A program made the position numbers and the translations under genes. A stretch of 64,000 nucleotides of DNA from the human T2T-CHM13v2.0 reference genome, Homo sapiens. Every line of letters starts with the position of its first letter. Position 1 is the first letter of the stretch. The notes under the pieces were generated by a model. That model was not told the origin of the DNA. It saw only the letters and a program-made list of their open reading frames with translations, and searched no databases. Shown piece by piece: positions 29,606 through 51,444 of this stretch. The DNA lies in NCBI RefSeq assembly GCF_009914755.1, contig NC_060937.1. One strand, 5' to 3'.

Positions 29606-30633
29606 AGCCGGTGGAGCCAAGATGGCCAAATAGGAACAGCTCCAGTCTACAGCTCCCAGTGTGAGCAGCGCAGAAGACACCTGATTTCTGCATTTCCAAC
29701 TGAGGTACCCGGTTCATCTCACTGGGTAGTGTCAGACAGTGGGTGCAGGACAATGGGTGCAGCACACCGAGTGTGAGCCGAAGCAGGGCAAGGCATCACC
29801 TCACCCGGGAAGCACAAGGGGTCAGGGAATTACCTTTCCTAGTCATAGAAAGGGGTGACAGACGGCACCTGGAAAATCGGGTCACTCCCACCCTAATACT
29901 GCACTTTTCCAACAGTCTTAGCAAACGGCACACCAGGAGATTATATCCCACCCCTGGCTCGGAGGGTCCTACGCCCACAGAGCCTCGCTCATTGCTAGCA
30001 CAGCAGTCTGAGATCAAACTGCAAGGCGGCAGCAAGGCTGGGGGAGGGGTGCCCGCCATTGCTGAGGCTTGAGTAGGTAAACAAAGCGGCCGGGAAGCTC
30101 GAACTGGATGGAGCCCACCGCAGCTCAAGGAGGCCTGCCTGCCTCTGTAGACTCCACCTCTGGGGGCAGGGCATAGCCAAACAAAAGGCAGCGGAAACCT
30201 CTGCAGACTTAAATGTCCCTTTCTGACAGCTTTGAGGAGAGTAGTGGTTCTGCCAGCATGCAGCTTGAGATCTGAGAACGGACAGACTGCCTCCTCAAGT
30301 GGGTCCCTGACCCCCGAGTAGCCTAACTGGGAGGCACCCCCCAGTAGGGGCAGACTGACCCTTCACACGGCCGGGTACTCCTCTGAGACAAAACTTCCAG
30401 AGGAACAATCAGGCAGCAACGTTTGCTGTTTACCAATATCCGCTGTTCTGCAGCCTCCACTGCTGATACCCAGGCAAACAGGGTCTGGGTGGACCTCCAG
30501 CAAACTCCAGCAGACCTGCAGCTGAGGGTCCTGACTGTTAGAAGGAAAACTAACAAACAGAAAGGACATCCACACCAAAACCCCATCTGTACGTCACCAT
30601 CATCAAAGACCAAAGGTAGATAAAACCACAAAG
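29606..30633 (+). promoter_or_regulatory. L1 5' UTR internal sense promoter and antisense promoter region
   Basis: YY1 motif caagatggcc at the 5' end; GC/CpG-richer than the flanks. Retains the ~129-bp segment (~30381-30508) absent from L1PA2/L1HS. Confidence 0.75.
29796..30059 (-). CDS. L1 antisense ORF0 homologue, open for 87 codons
   Basis: MAGTPPPALLPPCSLISDCCASNERGSVGVGPSEPGVGYNLLV... matches the L1 ORF0 N-terminus; ATG at 30059-30057. Translation itself is not demonstrated. Confidence 0.65.
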   Translation of the reverse strand: MAGTPPPALLPPCSLISDCCASNERGSVGVGPSEPGVGYNLLVCRLLRLLEKCSIRVGVTRFSRCRLSPLSMTRKGNSLTPCASRVR

Positions 30634-31644
30634 ATGGGGAAAAAACAGAGCAGAAAAACTGGAAACTCTAAAAATCAGAGCACCTCTCCTCCTCCAGAGG
30701 AATGCGGTTCCTCACAAGCAATGGAACAAAATTGGACAGAGAATGACTTTGACAAATTGAGAGAAGAAGACTTCAGATGATCAAACTACTCTGAGCTAAA
30801 GGAGGAAGTTCGAACCCATGGCAAAGAAGTTAAAAAGCTTGAAAAAAAAATAGACGAATGGCTAACTAGAATAACCAATGCAGAAAAGTCCTTAAAAGAT
30901 CTGATGGAGCTGAAAACCATGGCACGAGAACTACATGACGAATGCACAAGCCTCAGTAGCCAATTCAATCAACTGGAGGAATGGGTATCACTGATGGAAG
31001 ATAAAATGAATGAAATGAAGCGAGAAGAGAAGTTTAGAGAAAAAAGAATAAAAAGAACAAAGCCTCCAAGAAATATGGGACTATTTGAAAAGACCAAATC
31101 TACGTCTGATTGGTGTACCTGAAAGTGATGGGGAGAATGGAACCAGTTGGAAAACACTCTGCAGGATGTTATCCAGGAGAACATCCCCAATCTACCAAGG
31201 CATGCCAGCATTCAAATTCAGGAAATACAGAGAACGCCACAAAGATACTCATCGAGAAGAGCAACTCCAAGACCCATAATTGTCAGATTCATCAAAGTTG
31301 AAATGAAGGAAAGAATGTTAAGGGCAGCCAGAGAGAAAGGTCGGGTTACCCACAAGGGGAAGCCCATCAGACTAACAGCTGATCTCTAGGTAGAAACTCT
31401 ACAAGCCAGAAGAGAGTTGGGGCCAATATTCAACATTCTTAAAGAAAAGAATTTTCAACCCAGAATTTCATATCCAGCCAAACTAAGCTTCATAAGTGAA
31501 GGAGAAATAAAATCCTTTACAGACAAGCAAATGCTGAGAGATTCTGTCACCACCAGGCCTGCCCTAAAAGAGCTCCTGAAGGAAGCACTAAACATGGAAA
31601 GGAACAACCGGTACCTGCCACTGCAAAAACATGCCAAATTGTAA
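30634..31644 (+). pseudogene. L1 ORF1p, disrupted
   Basis: Starts MGKKQSRKTGNSKNQS; in-frame TGA at 30778-30780 and later frameshifts; ends ..LQKHAKL*. Confidence 0.93.
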
Positions 31645-31707
31645 AGACCATCGAGGCTAGGAAGAAACTGCATCAACTAACGAGCAAAATAACCAGCTAA
31701 CATCATA

Positions 31708-35516
<3,809 letters not shown>

Positions 35517-36007
35517 ACAATGAGAACACATGGACACAGGAAGGGGAACATCACACAATGGGGCCTATTGCGGGGTGGGGGTAGGGGGGAGGGATAGTAT
35601 TAGGAGATATACCTAATGCTAAATGACGAGTTAATGGGTGCAGCACACCAACATGGCACATGTATACATATGTAACAAACCTGCATGTTGTGCACATGTA
35701 CCCTAAATATTAAAGTACAATAAAAAAATAAAAATAAAAAAACATAATTAAAATCTTCCCACAAAGACAAGCCCAGGCCTCAGAGGCTTCAGTTGTGTAC
35801 TCTCACATTTATGAAGTACTACATAAATTCTTTCAGACAGTAGAGGAGGAAAAAACTTTTTAAACTTAACATTGAACCCTGATAAAACAAGTATAATACT
35901 GAAACAAAAACACATCAAAGACGTCATAAGAAAAGAAAATAACAGTTCTATATTCCTCATTAACTAATTGCAAAATCCTTAACAAATTTTTAGTAAATTG
36001 CCTATCA

Positions 36008-36289
<282 letters not shown>

Positions 36290-38926
36290 CTATCAGTACA
36301 TCAAACAAGATGATATCTTATGACTAAATGATAGTAATCCCTAGAAAATAAGGTTAGATTAACATCTGAAAATCAATTAATTTAGTGCACCATATAGTAG
36401 AGTAAAAGGTAAAAAAAAAACCACACATGATTATCTCAACTAACACATTAAAAAACTGAAGAAATTAAACGTTTATGATAGCAATCCCTAACAAACTTGG
36501 AACAGAGGTAACATCCTTAAACTAGCTAAGTGCAGCAATGAAAAAGCTACAGCTAACATCACATTTAATGCTGAAAGACTAAATGCCTAAGAATACAGAT
36601 TTGAAAGGAAGAAGTTCAACTGTCTTTGCTTGCAGATTGCATGATTCTGTGCACAGAAAACCCTGAGGATTCTACAGAAAAACTACTACAGCTAGTAAAT
36701 AAGTTTAGCAATTTGCAAGACACAACATCTATGCTATTTCTATATGTTAACATCAAAGAGTCAGAAAATAGTAACAATACAATTCCATTTACAATAGCTT
36801 TAATACTTACAAATACATTTTAACTTAAGTAATATAAAAGCTATACATTGACAAGTCTAAAAATATTAGTAAAAGAAATTAAAGAAAAAATATGTAAGTG
36901 GAGAGATATAGCAAGTTCATGTGTTAAAAGAGACAATATTACTTAGATAAAACTTCTCCCTAAATTGATACATAGATTCAACACAAAATCTCAAGAAATT
37001 TTGTAAAAATTCACAAGTCAATTGTAACATTTATATAGAAATGCAAAAGACCTAGAAGAGTCAAAATATTTTTGAAAATGAATAAAGTTGAGTGACTTAA
37101 ACTACCTGATTCCTAAAAGTACTATATTGCTACAGTAATGAGACATTGCGGCATGAGTTGTGAATATTTACACATTTATATCATGGAACAATTTAGGGAG
37201 TCCAGAAATAAACTCTTAATTTTCTGGTCAATAGGCTGCTAAAAGGCATCAAGACTAGTTTAATGAAGAAAACATGCTATTTTCAACAAATGCTACTGAA
37301 AAAAATGGAAATCTGTAGAAATATGAACTTATACCCTTCAAACCATAACATTTATTAAAATGTATCATTATTATATATATAAGTGCTAAAGCTATAAAAC
37401 TTTGAAAATTAAACATTGGAAATGTATTTGTAACCTTACGTTAGGAAAATACTTTTTCACATAAGACACTAAAAGCATAGCCAATTAAAAATAATAAGTT
37501 AGACTTCTGAATATTTAAAACATTTTTTCTCCAAAAGACACGATTAACAAAATGAGAAGTGAGGAGGCTTACAGGAAAATGGTTCCAAAAATTATCTCAT
37601 AAAAGACTTGTTATACAGACATATAAAAAAGCTCCTGCAACTCATTATCAAGAAGACAAATAAATTAAAAATTAGCTGCACATTTTACCAAAAAAATATA
37701 AATAGCTAATATAATTATGTTTGAATAGATAATAAAATATGAAAATATGCTCAACATCTATAAACATTAGTGAAAACCAAAATTCTATATCATTACATAC
37801 CCACCATCATATCTACAATTTAAAAATCCGACAATAACAAATGTTGACAATGATGTGGAGGAACTGGTACCCTCCTATAATATTGCTGAAGGGAAAGTAT
37901 AATAATATTATAATTTTGGAAAAAACGTTGACAGTTAAACATTATTTACCATATGATTCAGGAATTTCATGTCAAGGGTATACCCAAGAGAAATGAAAAC
38001 ATGTATCTACCCAATGACATGTAAGCAAAAGTTTATAATAACATTTTTTATAAAAGTCAAAGATCAACAACAATTCAGATGTCCATCAATCTGTTCATGG
38101 AAACATACTGATATTTCTGTATAATGGAAAATTACTTGGTGATAAAAAGAAATAAACTGTTCATACATAAAACAATACAGATTATTATCAAAAATTTTGT
38201 GCTAAGGGAAAGAAACCAGAGAAAAAGGCAACATTGTATATGGTAATAGTCATAAGAAAGATTAGGAAAGGCAAATTTATATAGACAGAGAACAGATCTA
38301 AAGTTTTTTGGGGCTGATATTAAAAACAGAAATTGTTTGCAGTAGACACAAGACAACTTTTTATGATGATGAAAAAGTTCCAAAATTGGATTGTTATAAT
38401 GGTATGACTGTATAGATTTATTAAAAATTATTAAGTTGTACAGTTAAAAAGGGTGAATGCTTTCTGTTTAAATAAAGTTGTTAATTTTTTTATCCTGCCA
38501 CTTAAAAAATTTAACAAAGTTGAAAAAATGTTAAAATTCTCAATGCACCTACTAACAATAAAACTAATAAATTGTTACAGATTAATTTTTTTAGGAAATT
38601 AAAATGAAGGAACTTAATAATTGCAAATACTATTTAACAAAGAAATGGATTGTCAAAAAAGGCATACATTAACCACAAGATTCAGATTATGTAACTAATT
38701 GAAATCCAATAATACCATTAGTTTTCCTTATTGAATCTCATTCTCATGGCCCCATCACATACTCTCTTCATTCGTATGGAAAACTGGAAAAGTAATTTAC
38801 AACACAGTGAATTTACAAGTCCTAATTTCTTCCACCATTTAAAGGAGTCCTGATTTTTGCAATAGATATTGTCCTACTTACTTCAGTGCAAGCTTCTGTA
38901 TATTTGTTAAATAATAATAGAGTGAT

Positions 38927-39250
<324 letters not shown>

Positions 39251-39594
39251 TTATTTCCATAAATAATGAAAAAATAATAGCATTTCATTAAAACACTATT
39301 GATACAATTTATTTTAAAGCAATCTGAAGTCTTAGTCGAAAAATACTTTACTTATAGCTTCATAATTAGTTAATGGTGGATTCAGGTCTTGGAACTTCCC
39401 AGACTGGGACTTTACTCACACAATTTCCATTAATTGTTTATAATTTGGTTTCATATTTCAAAGATGCTCTAGTCCAGTGTTTTGTAAGGTATGACCATGA
39501 CTTATTTATAGGTTGTAGAATTAGTTTGGGTGGTTGTGAATATCAATTTTTTAAATGAGAGAAAATATAGAGAAAAATACAAATCACAGATGGT

Positions 39595-40012
39595 AAGTTG
39601 TGGTGGAGGGTATTTTTACATAATTCTTTCTTCTTTTCCCACTCTCCTGTTGACTTGTCTTTTGACTTTGAGCTTGGCTATATACTTTGCTGTGACTAAC
39701 AATATATAGAAAGAAGTACTAGTATGTAGTTTTTAGCAGAAGATTTAAGAGCATCTTTTGTCACCACATATGCTCTTGGATACCCATGTACTTCCACAAG
39801 AGAAGACCCTGGTCTGAGAATGAGAAAATCAGTTAAATAAACCTGATTGCAACTCTCAGTCTGGAGCCTGACTCAGTAGATTCTATCCAATCCCAGCAGA
39901 GTCACAGTTGATAACACAATCATATTTGAGAAAGAATTCATTGTTACTGTAAGCATTAAGATTTGAGGCTGCTTGTTATGCAGGATTATTACAGCAAAAC
40001 TGACTAATAACC
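39595..40012 (+). mobile_element. Old MaLR LTR (MLT1-type)
   Basis: ctttgagcttggctatatactttgc...gtaagcattaagatttgaggctgcttgttatgcag...aactgactaata resembles MLT1 ends. Confidence 0.55.
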
Positions 40013-40249
40013 AAGCTTTACGATTGTACTGTGAAACTTTTTTTTCTCTACATATATGTCAACGTGTTTTAGGAATTAGGCCACGCCTATGGTTATGAAA
40101 TAAAATATATTTTATTATAAGAGTAGTTGGTCAAAAATTTGAAAAGTGTTTTCTCAGTCTACTGAAAAGGGAAAATTTTTTTATCAAGAGGATGATACAG
40201 ATTTCTTTTTGTTTCTTAAGTGAAGGAACTTTGCTTTTTCCCTGTCCCC

Positions 40250-40560
40250 TAGCTTTATCGAGGTATAGTTGACAAAATTGTGTATATTTAAGGTGTGCAA
40301 CATGAGTTTTTGATATGCATATAATATATATATTATATATATAGGAACGATTAACGCAATCAGGTTAGTTAACACATCAATCATCTCATGTAGTTATTTG
40401 TGTGTGTGGTGTGAACATTCCAGATCTACTGTCTTAGCAAATTTCAAGTATACAATACAGTATTGTTAACTACAGTCATGCTGTGTATTAGATCCCCAGA
40501 ATATATTCATCATTTACCTGCATTTTGCACCCTTTGACCAACATCTCTTTATTTCCCTGC
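40250..40560 (-). mobile_element. L1MA 3' end fragment
   Basis: agctttatcgaggtatagttgaca...cttagcaaatttcaagtatacaatacagtattgttaactacagtca...ctttgaccaacatctc. Confidence 0.75.
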
Positions 40561-41701
40561 CTATACAGTTTTCATTCTAGGGAATTAGTTATTTTAGCAT
40601 TACCTTTTTAACTAATGGTCAGGCTTAATAATTTTGTTCTTCTTCTAAAATATCTGGGGCAGAATAACCATCAGGAAGGGGTAAAGGAGGGTGTCTGCTG
40701 AAGCTGAAACAACTGGGTATCCTCAACAGTCAAGGGCCTGCAGGAGAAGGCACTCAAGGGGCGTCGTCAGTTCTTTCTCTTCTTCTGCATGAAGGAGGTG
40801 GCTGGGGAAGCTACTGTGGTTTGTTTCAGATGCAGGCAACAAGAGCACAGAAAATGGTATCTGTTGATGAAGTGTGGCTATATTGGGCCTATGAGTCAGG
40901 AGTGTTCCAGAAACTTTGAACCACAGAACCAGTGTGACAGTGACTCAACTCGATTAACTAGGAAGAGTCTTTAAACTGTAGGATGTGGGTAGGGAGATTT
41001 TATCCTTTTTTATTTTTTAAATGCTCTATGGGAAAATACTGTTTTGTAGTACTGCTTTTGGAATAATAATATTTTTAAAAATTATATAAGTTTTCAGTTT
41101 ATTCTGTTGAAATAGGCTAGTGACATATCCCCCTAACTCCAAGAAATATTTGGGTAGCTGTAGCTCAACCCAAAGCTAAAAGTTGTTGGAAAAATTAAAG
41201 TGATGATTTGTTTCCTGATAGAATAAATTTTAAAGAAGAATTTAATTAAGAAATGTTTTCTGGAGTAGTTCAGAGAAAAACAAAAATGTAGAAAATAATT
41301 ATAAAACATGATATAAAAGCTTGGTAAATTTTTTCCTCACTAGGGCTGTTATCAGAGCTGTAGCTTTAAGGTAAACTTTTGATAAATTTGAATAGTTCAT
41401 TCAATATTTGAATGATGACTAAATATGTTATTAAATTTCATGAGGCCCTGGTGGTAAAGCATTTCCTGAACATACCTGGGATCATCTAGATTTTACCATT
41501 TCAATTCAGATAGAGAAAACAAGAGATATCATTAGTGGCCTATATTCTTTCATATAAAGAATAACAAATTGTAAATAAATGTAAAATAATGATAAACCCT
41601 AAGCCTTATTAAGATATCAGAGTCATTTTTGAAACACATTTTCTAAGGCCAAAGACTATATATATTGTGTGGAGAGCAGGGTGTTTACCAATTTATGACT
41701 A

Positions 41702-45569
<3,868 letters not shown>

Positions 45570-45570
<1 letters not shown>

Positions 45571-48299
45571 AAATTCCTGGATTGATCCAGGAAGAAATTG
45601 AATCCCTGAATGGACCATTAAAGAGCTCTGAAATTCAATCCGTAATAAATAGCCTACCAATCAAAAAAAGCTGAGGAACAGATGGATTCACAGTTGAATT
45701 CTACCAGATATACAAAGAAGAGCTGGTAGCATTCCCACTGAAACTACTCCAAAAAATTGAGGAGGAGGGACTCCTTCTTAACTCATTCTGTGAGGCCAGC
45801 ATCCTCCTGATATCAAAACCTGGCAGAGACACAATAAAAAAAGAAAACTTTAGGTTAATACCCTTGATGAACATTGATTCAAAAATTATCAACAAAATAC
45901 TGGCAAATTGAAATTAGCAGCACATCAAAATCTTATTCACCATGATCAAGTAGACTTTATTCCTGGGATGCAGTGCTGATTCAACATATGCAAATCAATA
46001 AATGTGATTCATCACATTAACCAAACTAAAGACAAAAACCGTATGATTATCTCAATAGATGCAGAAAAGGCTTTGATAAAATTTCATACCCTTTCATGTT
46101 AAAAACTCTCAATAAACTAGTTATTGAAAGAATGTACGTTAAAATAATAAGAGCCATCTATGACAAACCCACAGCAAACCATCATACTGACTGGGCAAAA
46201 GCTGGAAGCATTCCCCTTGCAAACTATCACAAGACAAGGATGCACTCTCTCACTAGTATTCAACATAGTATTGGAAGTCCTGGCCAGAGCAATCAGGCAA
46301 GAGAAAGAAACAAAAGGTGTTTGAATTGGAAGAGAGGAAGTCAAATTATCCCTGTTTGCAGATTACATAATCCTATCTGGAAAACCCTATAGTCTCAGCC
46401 CAAAAGCTCCTTAAGCTGATAAACAACTTCAGCAAAGTCTCAGGATAAAAAAAATCAACATAAAAAAATCACTAGCATTACCATACACCAACAACAGTCA
46501 AGCTGAGGGCCAAATCAGAAATGCAGTCCCATTCACAATTGCCACAAAAAAGAATAAATTACCTAGGAATGCAGCTAAATAGGGGTTTAAAAGTTCTCTA
46601 CAAAGAGAACTACAAAATACTGCTCAAAGAAATCAGAGAGGACACAAACAAATGGAAAAGCATTCCATGCTCCTAGATAGGAAAAATCAATATCATTAAA
46701 ATGGTCATACTGCCCAAAGCAATTAATAGGTTCGATGTTATTCCTGTAAAATTACCAATGACATTCTTCACAAAACTAGAAAAAACTATTTTAAAATTCA
46801 TATGGAGCCAAAGAAGAGCCTGAATAGCCATGATAATCCTAATCGAAAAGAACAAAGCTGGAGATATCATGCTACCCAACTTCAATCTATACTACAAAAC
46901 TATAGTAATCAAAACAGCATGGTACTGGTACAAAAACAGACACATAAACCAATGGAACGGAATAAAGAGCCCAGAAATAAGACCACAAATCTACAACTAT
47001 CTGATCTTCCACAAAGCTGACAAAACCAAGCAATAGAGAAATAAGTTTCTGTAGAATAAATGGTGCTGGCACAACTAGCTAGCCATATGCAGATGATTAA
47101 AACTGAACCTTCCTTACACCATATACAAAAAATAACTCAAGATGGATTACAAACTTAAATGTAAAACCCAAAACTATGAAAACTCAAGAGGACAACCTAG
47201 CCAATAAAATTCTGAACATAGGACTGAGCAGAGATTTCCTGACAAAAATGCCAAAAGCAATTGCAACAAAAGCAAAACTTGACACATGGGATCTAACTAA
47301 ACTAAAGCACTTCTGCACAGCAAAAGAAACTATCAACAGAGTAAACAGACATCCTACAGAACAGGAGAGAATTTTTGAAAACTATGCATATGACAAAGTT
47401 CTAATATTCAGCATCTGTAAGGAACTTGAACAATTTTAAAAGAAAATACAAATAACCCCATTAAAAAGTTGGGAAAAGACATGAATGGACACTTTTCAAA
47501 AGAAGACGTATATGTGGCCAACAGGCAGCTGAACAAAAGCTCAACATTACTTATCATTAGAGAAATGCAAATCAAAATTACAATGAGATACCATCTCACA
47601 CCAGTCAGAATGGCTATTACTAAAAAGTCAAAAAAATAACAGAAGCTGGTGAGGTTTTGGAGAAATTTACACTCCCACACTTGGGCATGTAAATTAGTTC
47701 AACCATTGTGGGAAACAGTGTGGCAATTCCTCAAAGACCTAAAGACAGAAATACCATTTGAACCAGTCATCTCATTACTGGGTATGTACCCAAAGGAATA
47801 TAAATTGTTTTGTCACAAAGACACATGCACATGTATGTTCACTGCAGTACTGTTCACAATAGCAAAGACATGGAATCAAGCTAAATGCCCATCAGTAGTA
47901 GACTGGATAAAGAAAATGTGGTACATATACACCATGGAATACTATGCAGCCATAAAAAAGAACAAGATCATGTCCTTTGCAGGAACATGAGTGGAGCTGG
48001 AGGCCATTTTCCCTAGTAAACTAATGCAAGAACAGAAAACCAAATACCACATGCTCTCATTTATAAGCAGGAGCTAAAAGATGAGAACACATGGATACAC
48101 AGAAGGGAACAACAGACACTGGAGCCTACTGGACTGTGGAGGGGTGGGAGGAGGAAGAGGATCAGAAAAAATAACTAACAGGTACTAGGCCTAATACCTG
48201 GGTGATGAAATAATCTGTACAAAAATCTCCGTGACACAAATTTACCTGTATCACAAACCTACACATGTACCTCTGAATTTAAAAGTTAAAAAAAAAAAT
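45570..48299 (+). mobile_element. 5'-truncated older primate L1 (L1PA13-16-like) with poly-A
   Basis: ORF2 fragments ([11 protein letters not shown]; KMWYIYTMEYYAAIKK); 3' UTR gaggatcagaaaaataacta...ctgggtgatgaaataatctgtac; A tail. Confidence 0.88.
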
Positions 48300-50423
48300 A
48301 GTGTTTCTATATGCTAATACTGTACTATTTGAAAAAGAAATAAAGAAAACAATCCAATTTACAATAGCTACAAAAGACACCTAGGAATAAATTCAACAAA
48401 GGAGGTAAAAAATCCCTATAATGAAAACTATTAAAATATTGATAAAAGAAATTGTGTAGACCCACACAAATATGGAAAGACATCCTGTGTTCATGAATTA
48501 GAAGAATAAATATTGTTAAAATTACCGTACTACCCCCCACAATCTGTAGATTCAATACAATCCTGCCAAAATACCAATGACATTCTTTACAGGTATAGAA
48601 AAAAATCCTAAAATTTGTGCGGAACCACAGAAGGCCCCAAATAGCCAAAAACAACCCACCTCCAAAAAAAAAAAACTGGAGGAATCACATTACTTAACTT
48701 TAAATTATACTACAAAGCTATAGTAACTAAAACAGTATGATACTTTCATAAAGACTGACAGATAAACCAATGGAACAGAATAGAGAACCCATAAATAAAT
48801 CTGTGTACAATAAGTCCTCACTTAACATTGATAATTCATTCTTGGAAACTGTGACTGTAAGAAAAATGATGTGTAAGAAAATCATTTTTTTCTCATCAAT
48901 GTTATAACAAAATGACATTGAATCAAACAACATTATCCAAGGACCTGCAGTATGTTGTTTCACTTAAAGTCACAGTTTTTGAGACCCCATTGACAACATT
49001 GTGAGGACTTACTGTATTTACAGCTAACTGATTTTTGATAAAGATGCCCAGAACATAAACTGGGAAGAAGACAAACCTCTTCAATAAGTAGCACTAGGAA
49101 AATTGATATTCCTATGCAGAAGAATGAAACTAAATTCATATCTCTAGCCATGTACAAAAATCAACTCAAAATGGGTTAAAGACTTAAATGTAAGTCTAAA
49201 ACTATTAAACAACTAGAAGAATACATATGAGAAACACTTCAGGACATTATTCTGGGCAAAGATTTTATGAATAAGACCTCAGAAGCTTAGGCAACCAAAG
49301 CAAAAATACACAAATGGGATTACACCAAACTAAAAAGCTTCTGTATAGCAATGCAAAAGAAAGAAAAAAAATCAACAGAGTAAAGAGACACCTCACAAAA
49401 GGGAGAAAATATTTTCAAACTATTTATCTGACAAGCGATTAATACTGAGAATACACAAGGACCTCAAGCAACTCAACAAAAGTGAAAAAAAAAGAAATAA
49501 TCTAGTCAAAAGATGTGCAGATGCTCTGAATAGACAGTTTTCAAAAGAAGACACAATGGCCGACAAATATATTAAAAAATGCTGAACATCACTGACCACC
49601 AAGAAAATGCAAATCAAAACCACAGTGAGATATCATGTCACCCTAGTAAGAAGGGCTATTATCAAAATGATAAAAAATAACAAATGCTGGCAATGATGCA
49701 AAGAAAAAGGAACTCTTATACAGTGTTGGTGGAGACATAAATTAGTACAACCGTTGTGGAAAACAGTATGGTGTTTCCTCAAAAAATCAAAAGTAGAACT
49801 ATCATATGATTCAGCAATCCCACTACTGGATACAAATCCACAGAAAAGGAAATCAGTATGTCAAAGAAATATTTGTAGTCCTATGTTTATTGCAGCACTA
49901 TTCACAATAACTAAGATATGTAATCAGCCTATTCTGTCAATGGATGAATAAAGAAAATGTGGTATATATACACAATGGAATACTTTTCAGCTATTAAAAA
50001 ATGAAATCCTGTCATTTGTGGCAACATGAGTAAGCCTACAGGATGTTATGTTAAGTGAAATAAATCAGACACAGAAAGATAAATACCACATGTTCTCAGT
50101 CATATGTGGAACCTAATAAAATTTGATCACAGAAGTAGAAAGTAGAATACTAGATACCAGAGGTGGGAGAGGGTAGGGGGAGGAAAAGATGGAAATAGAT
50201 TGGTTGTGTAGCACTGTAGCGTAACTACAGTTACAATAATTTATTGTATATGTTCAAATAGCTGGAAGAGAAGATTTCGAATGGTTTTTAACACAAAGAA
50301 ATGATAAATGTTTGAGGTGATGGATGTGGTAATTACCCTGATTTCATCATTTCATATTGTATTGAAATATTACACCGTATCCCATAAATATTACATTTAT
50401 GTAATATGTTAGATAAAAAAAAA
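48300..50423 (+). mobile_element. L1MA 3' portion, sense
   Basis: ORF2 text (aggacattattctgggcaaagattttatg; atgattcagcaatcccactactgg) and L1MA 3' UTR (acacaaagaaatgataaatgtttgaggtgatggat..aattaccctgattt). Confidence 0.82.
48808..49014. mobile_element. MER6-type TcMar MITE (~207 bp)
   Basis: TA|caataagtcctcac ... gtgaggacttactg|TA: terminal inverted repeats and a TA target duplication. Confidence 0.8.
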
Positions 50424-51421
50424 TCAGGTAAGAGAACTTCTCCTTCAATCGCTAGTCTGTGACTTTTCTTTTCCTTCCTAAGGTAATATCGTTAATAATA
50501 TTGTCACATTGTCGCAATATCTACTTCGTTGTCTTATATAATCGTACATCACATGTAAGATCTATATATATGTAGGGCATATATTATTATGTATTTTATA
50601 TAATAATTAAGCTTACAACTCCATTTAAGGGTAAGATTACTCTCTCTCATTCTTTAGGGGAAACTGCCTTGAGGCAGGAGTATTGGTTTTGCCCGTCTTT
50701 CTTTCTCATTTCCTTCTCTCCTGCCTGGCTGCTGTTTGCAGCTCTTCCAGGGGATGGGGGGCAGAAGTCCATAGGGAGCATCTCTGCCTTGTCTTGGCTT
50801 TATCTAGAACTGTTGTGTCTGGTTTTGTGCCCTCAGAGCCAGCAGAGTTTGAAGGAGGTCATGGACTCCCTCATGTGTTCTTTGAGGACCTCTGATCTCT
50901 GGTATGCAATCTCCTGATTTCAGTGAGTGGTTCTTCTGGCTGGACTCATTTACGTGAAGATCCTGGGAATCTTGAAGTCCACCTCCAGCTTCTGTTGAGA
51001 TTACATCTCTTTTCCAGATGTGTTTTGGAAGGGACTTAAGACAGTCCACAAGGAAATGTGTTCTTTGTCCCAGCCTAACCAAGGGCAGCCGAGTCCAGGC
51101 TCTGCTCTGTTGCCTACACCTGGGTTCGCCTAGTTCTTTGTATCTGGAGTTTCCATTCAGGGCCAGGTGGGGATCACCCTGTCTCATAGCTGTAAGGATC
51201 ACAGAAAATCTTCCTGCAAGGTCCAGCTGAAGCTGTTTTCTCTCGATTTAAGTTGCAGGAGGAAAATACCTTTTTTCTAATAAATCCTCTCAAAAAATCT
51301 TCCTCTTGGATTTATAAGACTTGTACTTTGGCAAGTTTGTGAACTGGTCTGGAATTTTATATATTTGTACCTTAGTTTCTCAGAAACGTCAAGTAACTAT
51401 GTCATTGCATATTATATTGTC

Positions 51422-51444
51422 TGTGTGTGTGTGTGTGTGTGTGT
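51422..51444. repeat. (TG)n microsatellite, about 11 units
   Basis: tgtgtgtgtgtgtgtgtgtgtgt. Confidence 0.95.

Noticed and set aside
45574-45593. Palindrome ttcctggat-tg-atccaggaa at an L1 5' junction
   Set aside because: Largely explained by a small deletion that brings together naturally complementary L1 ORF2 words.
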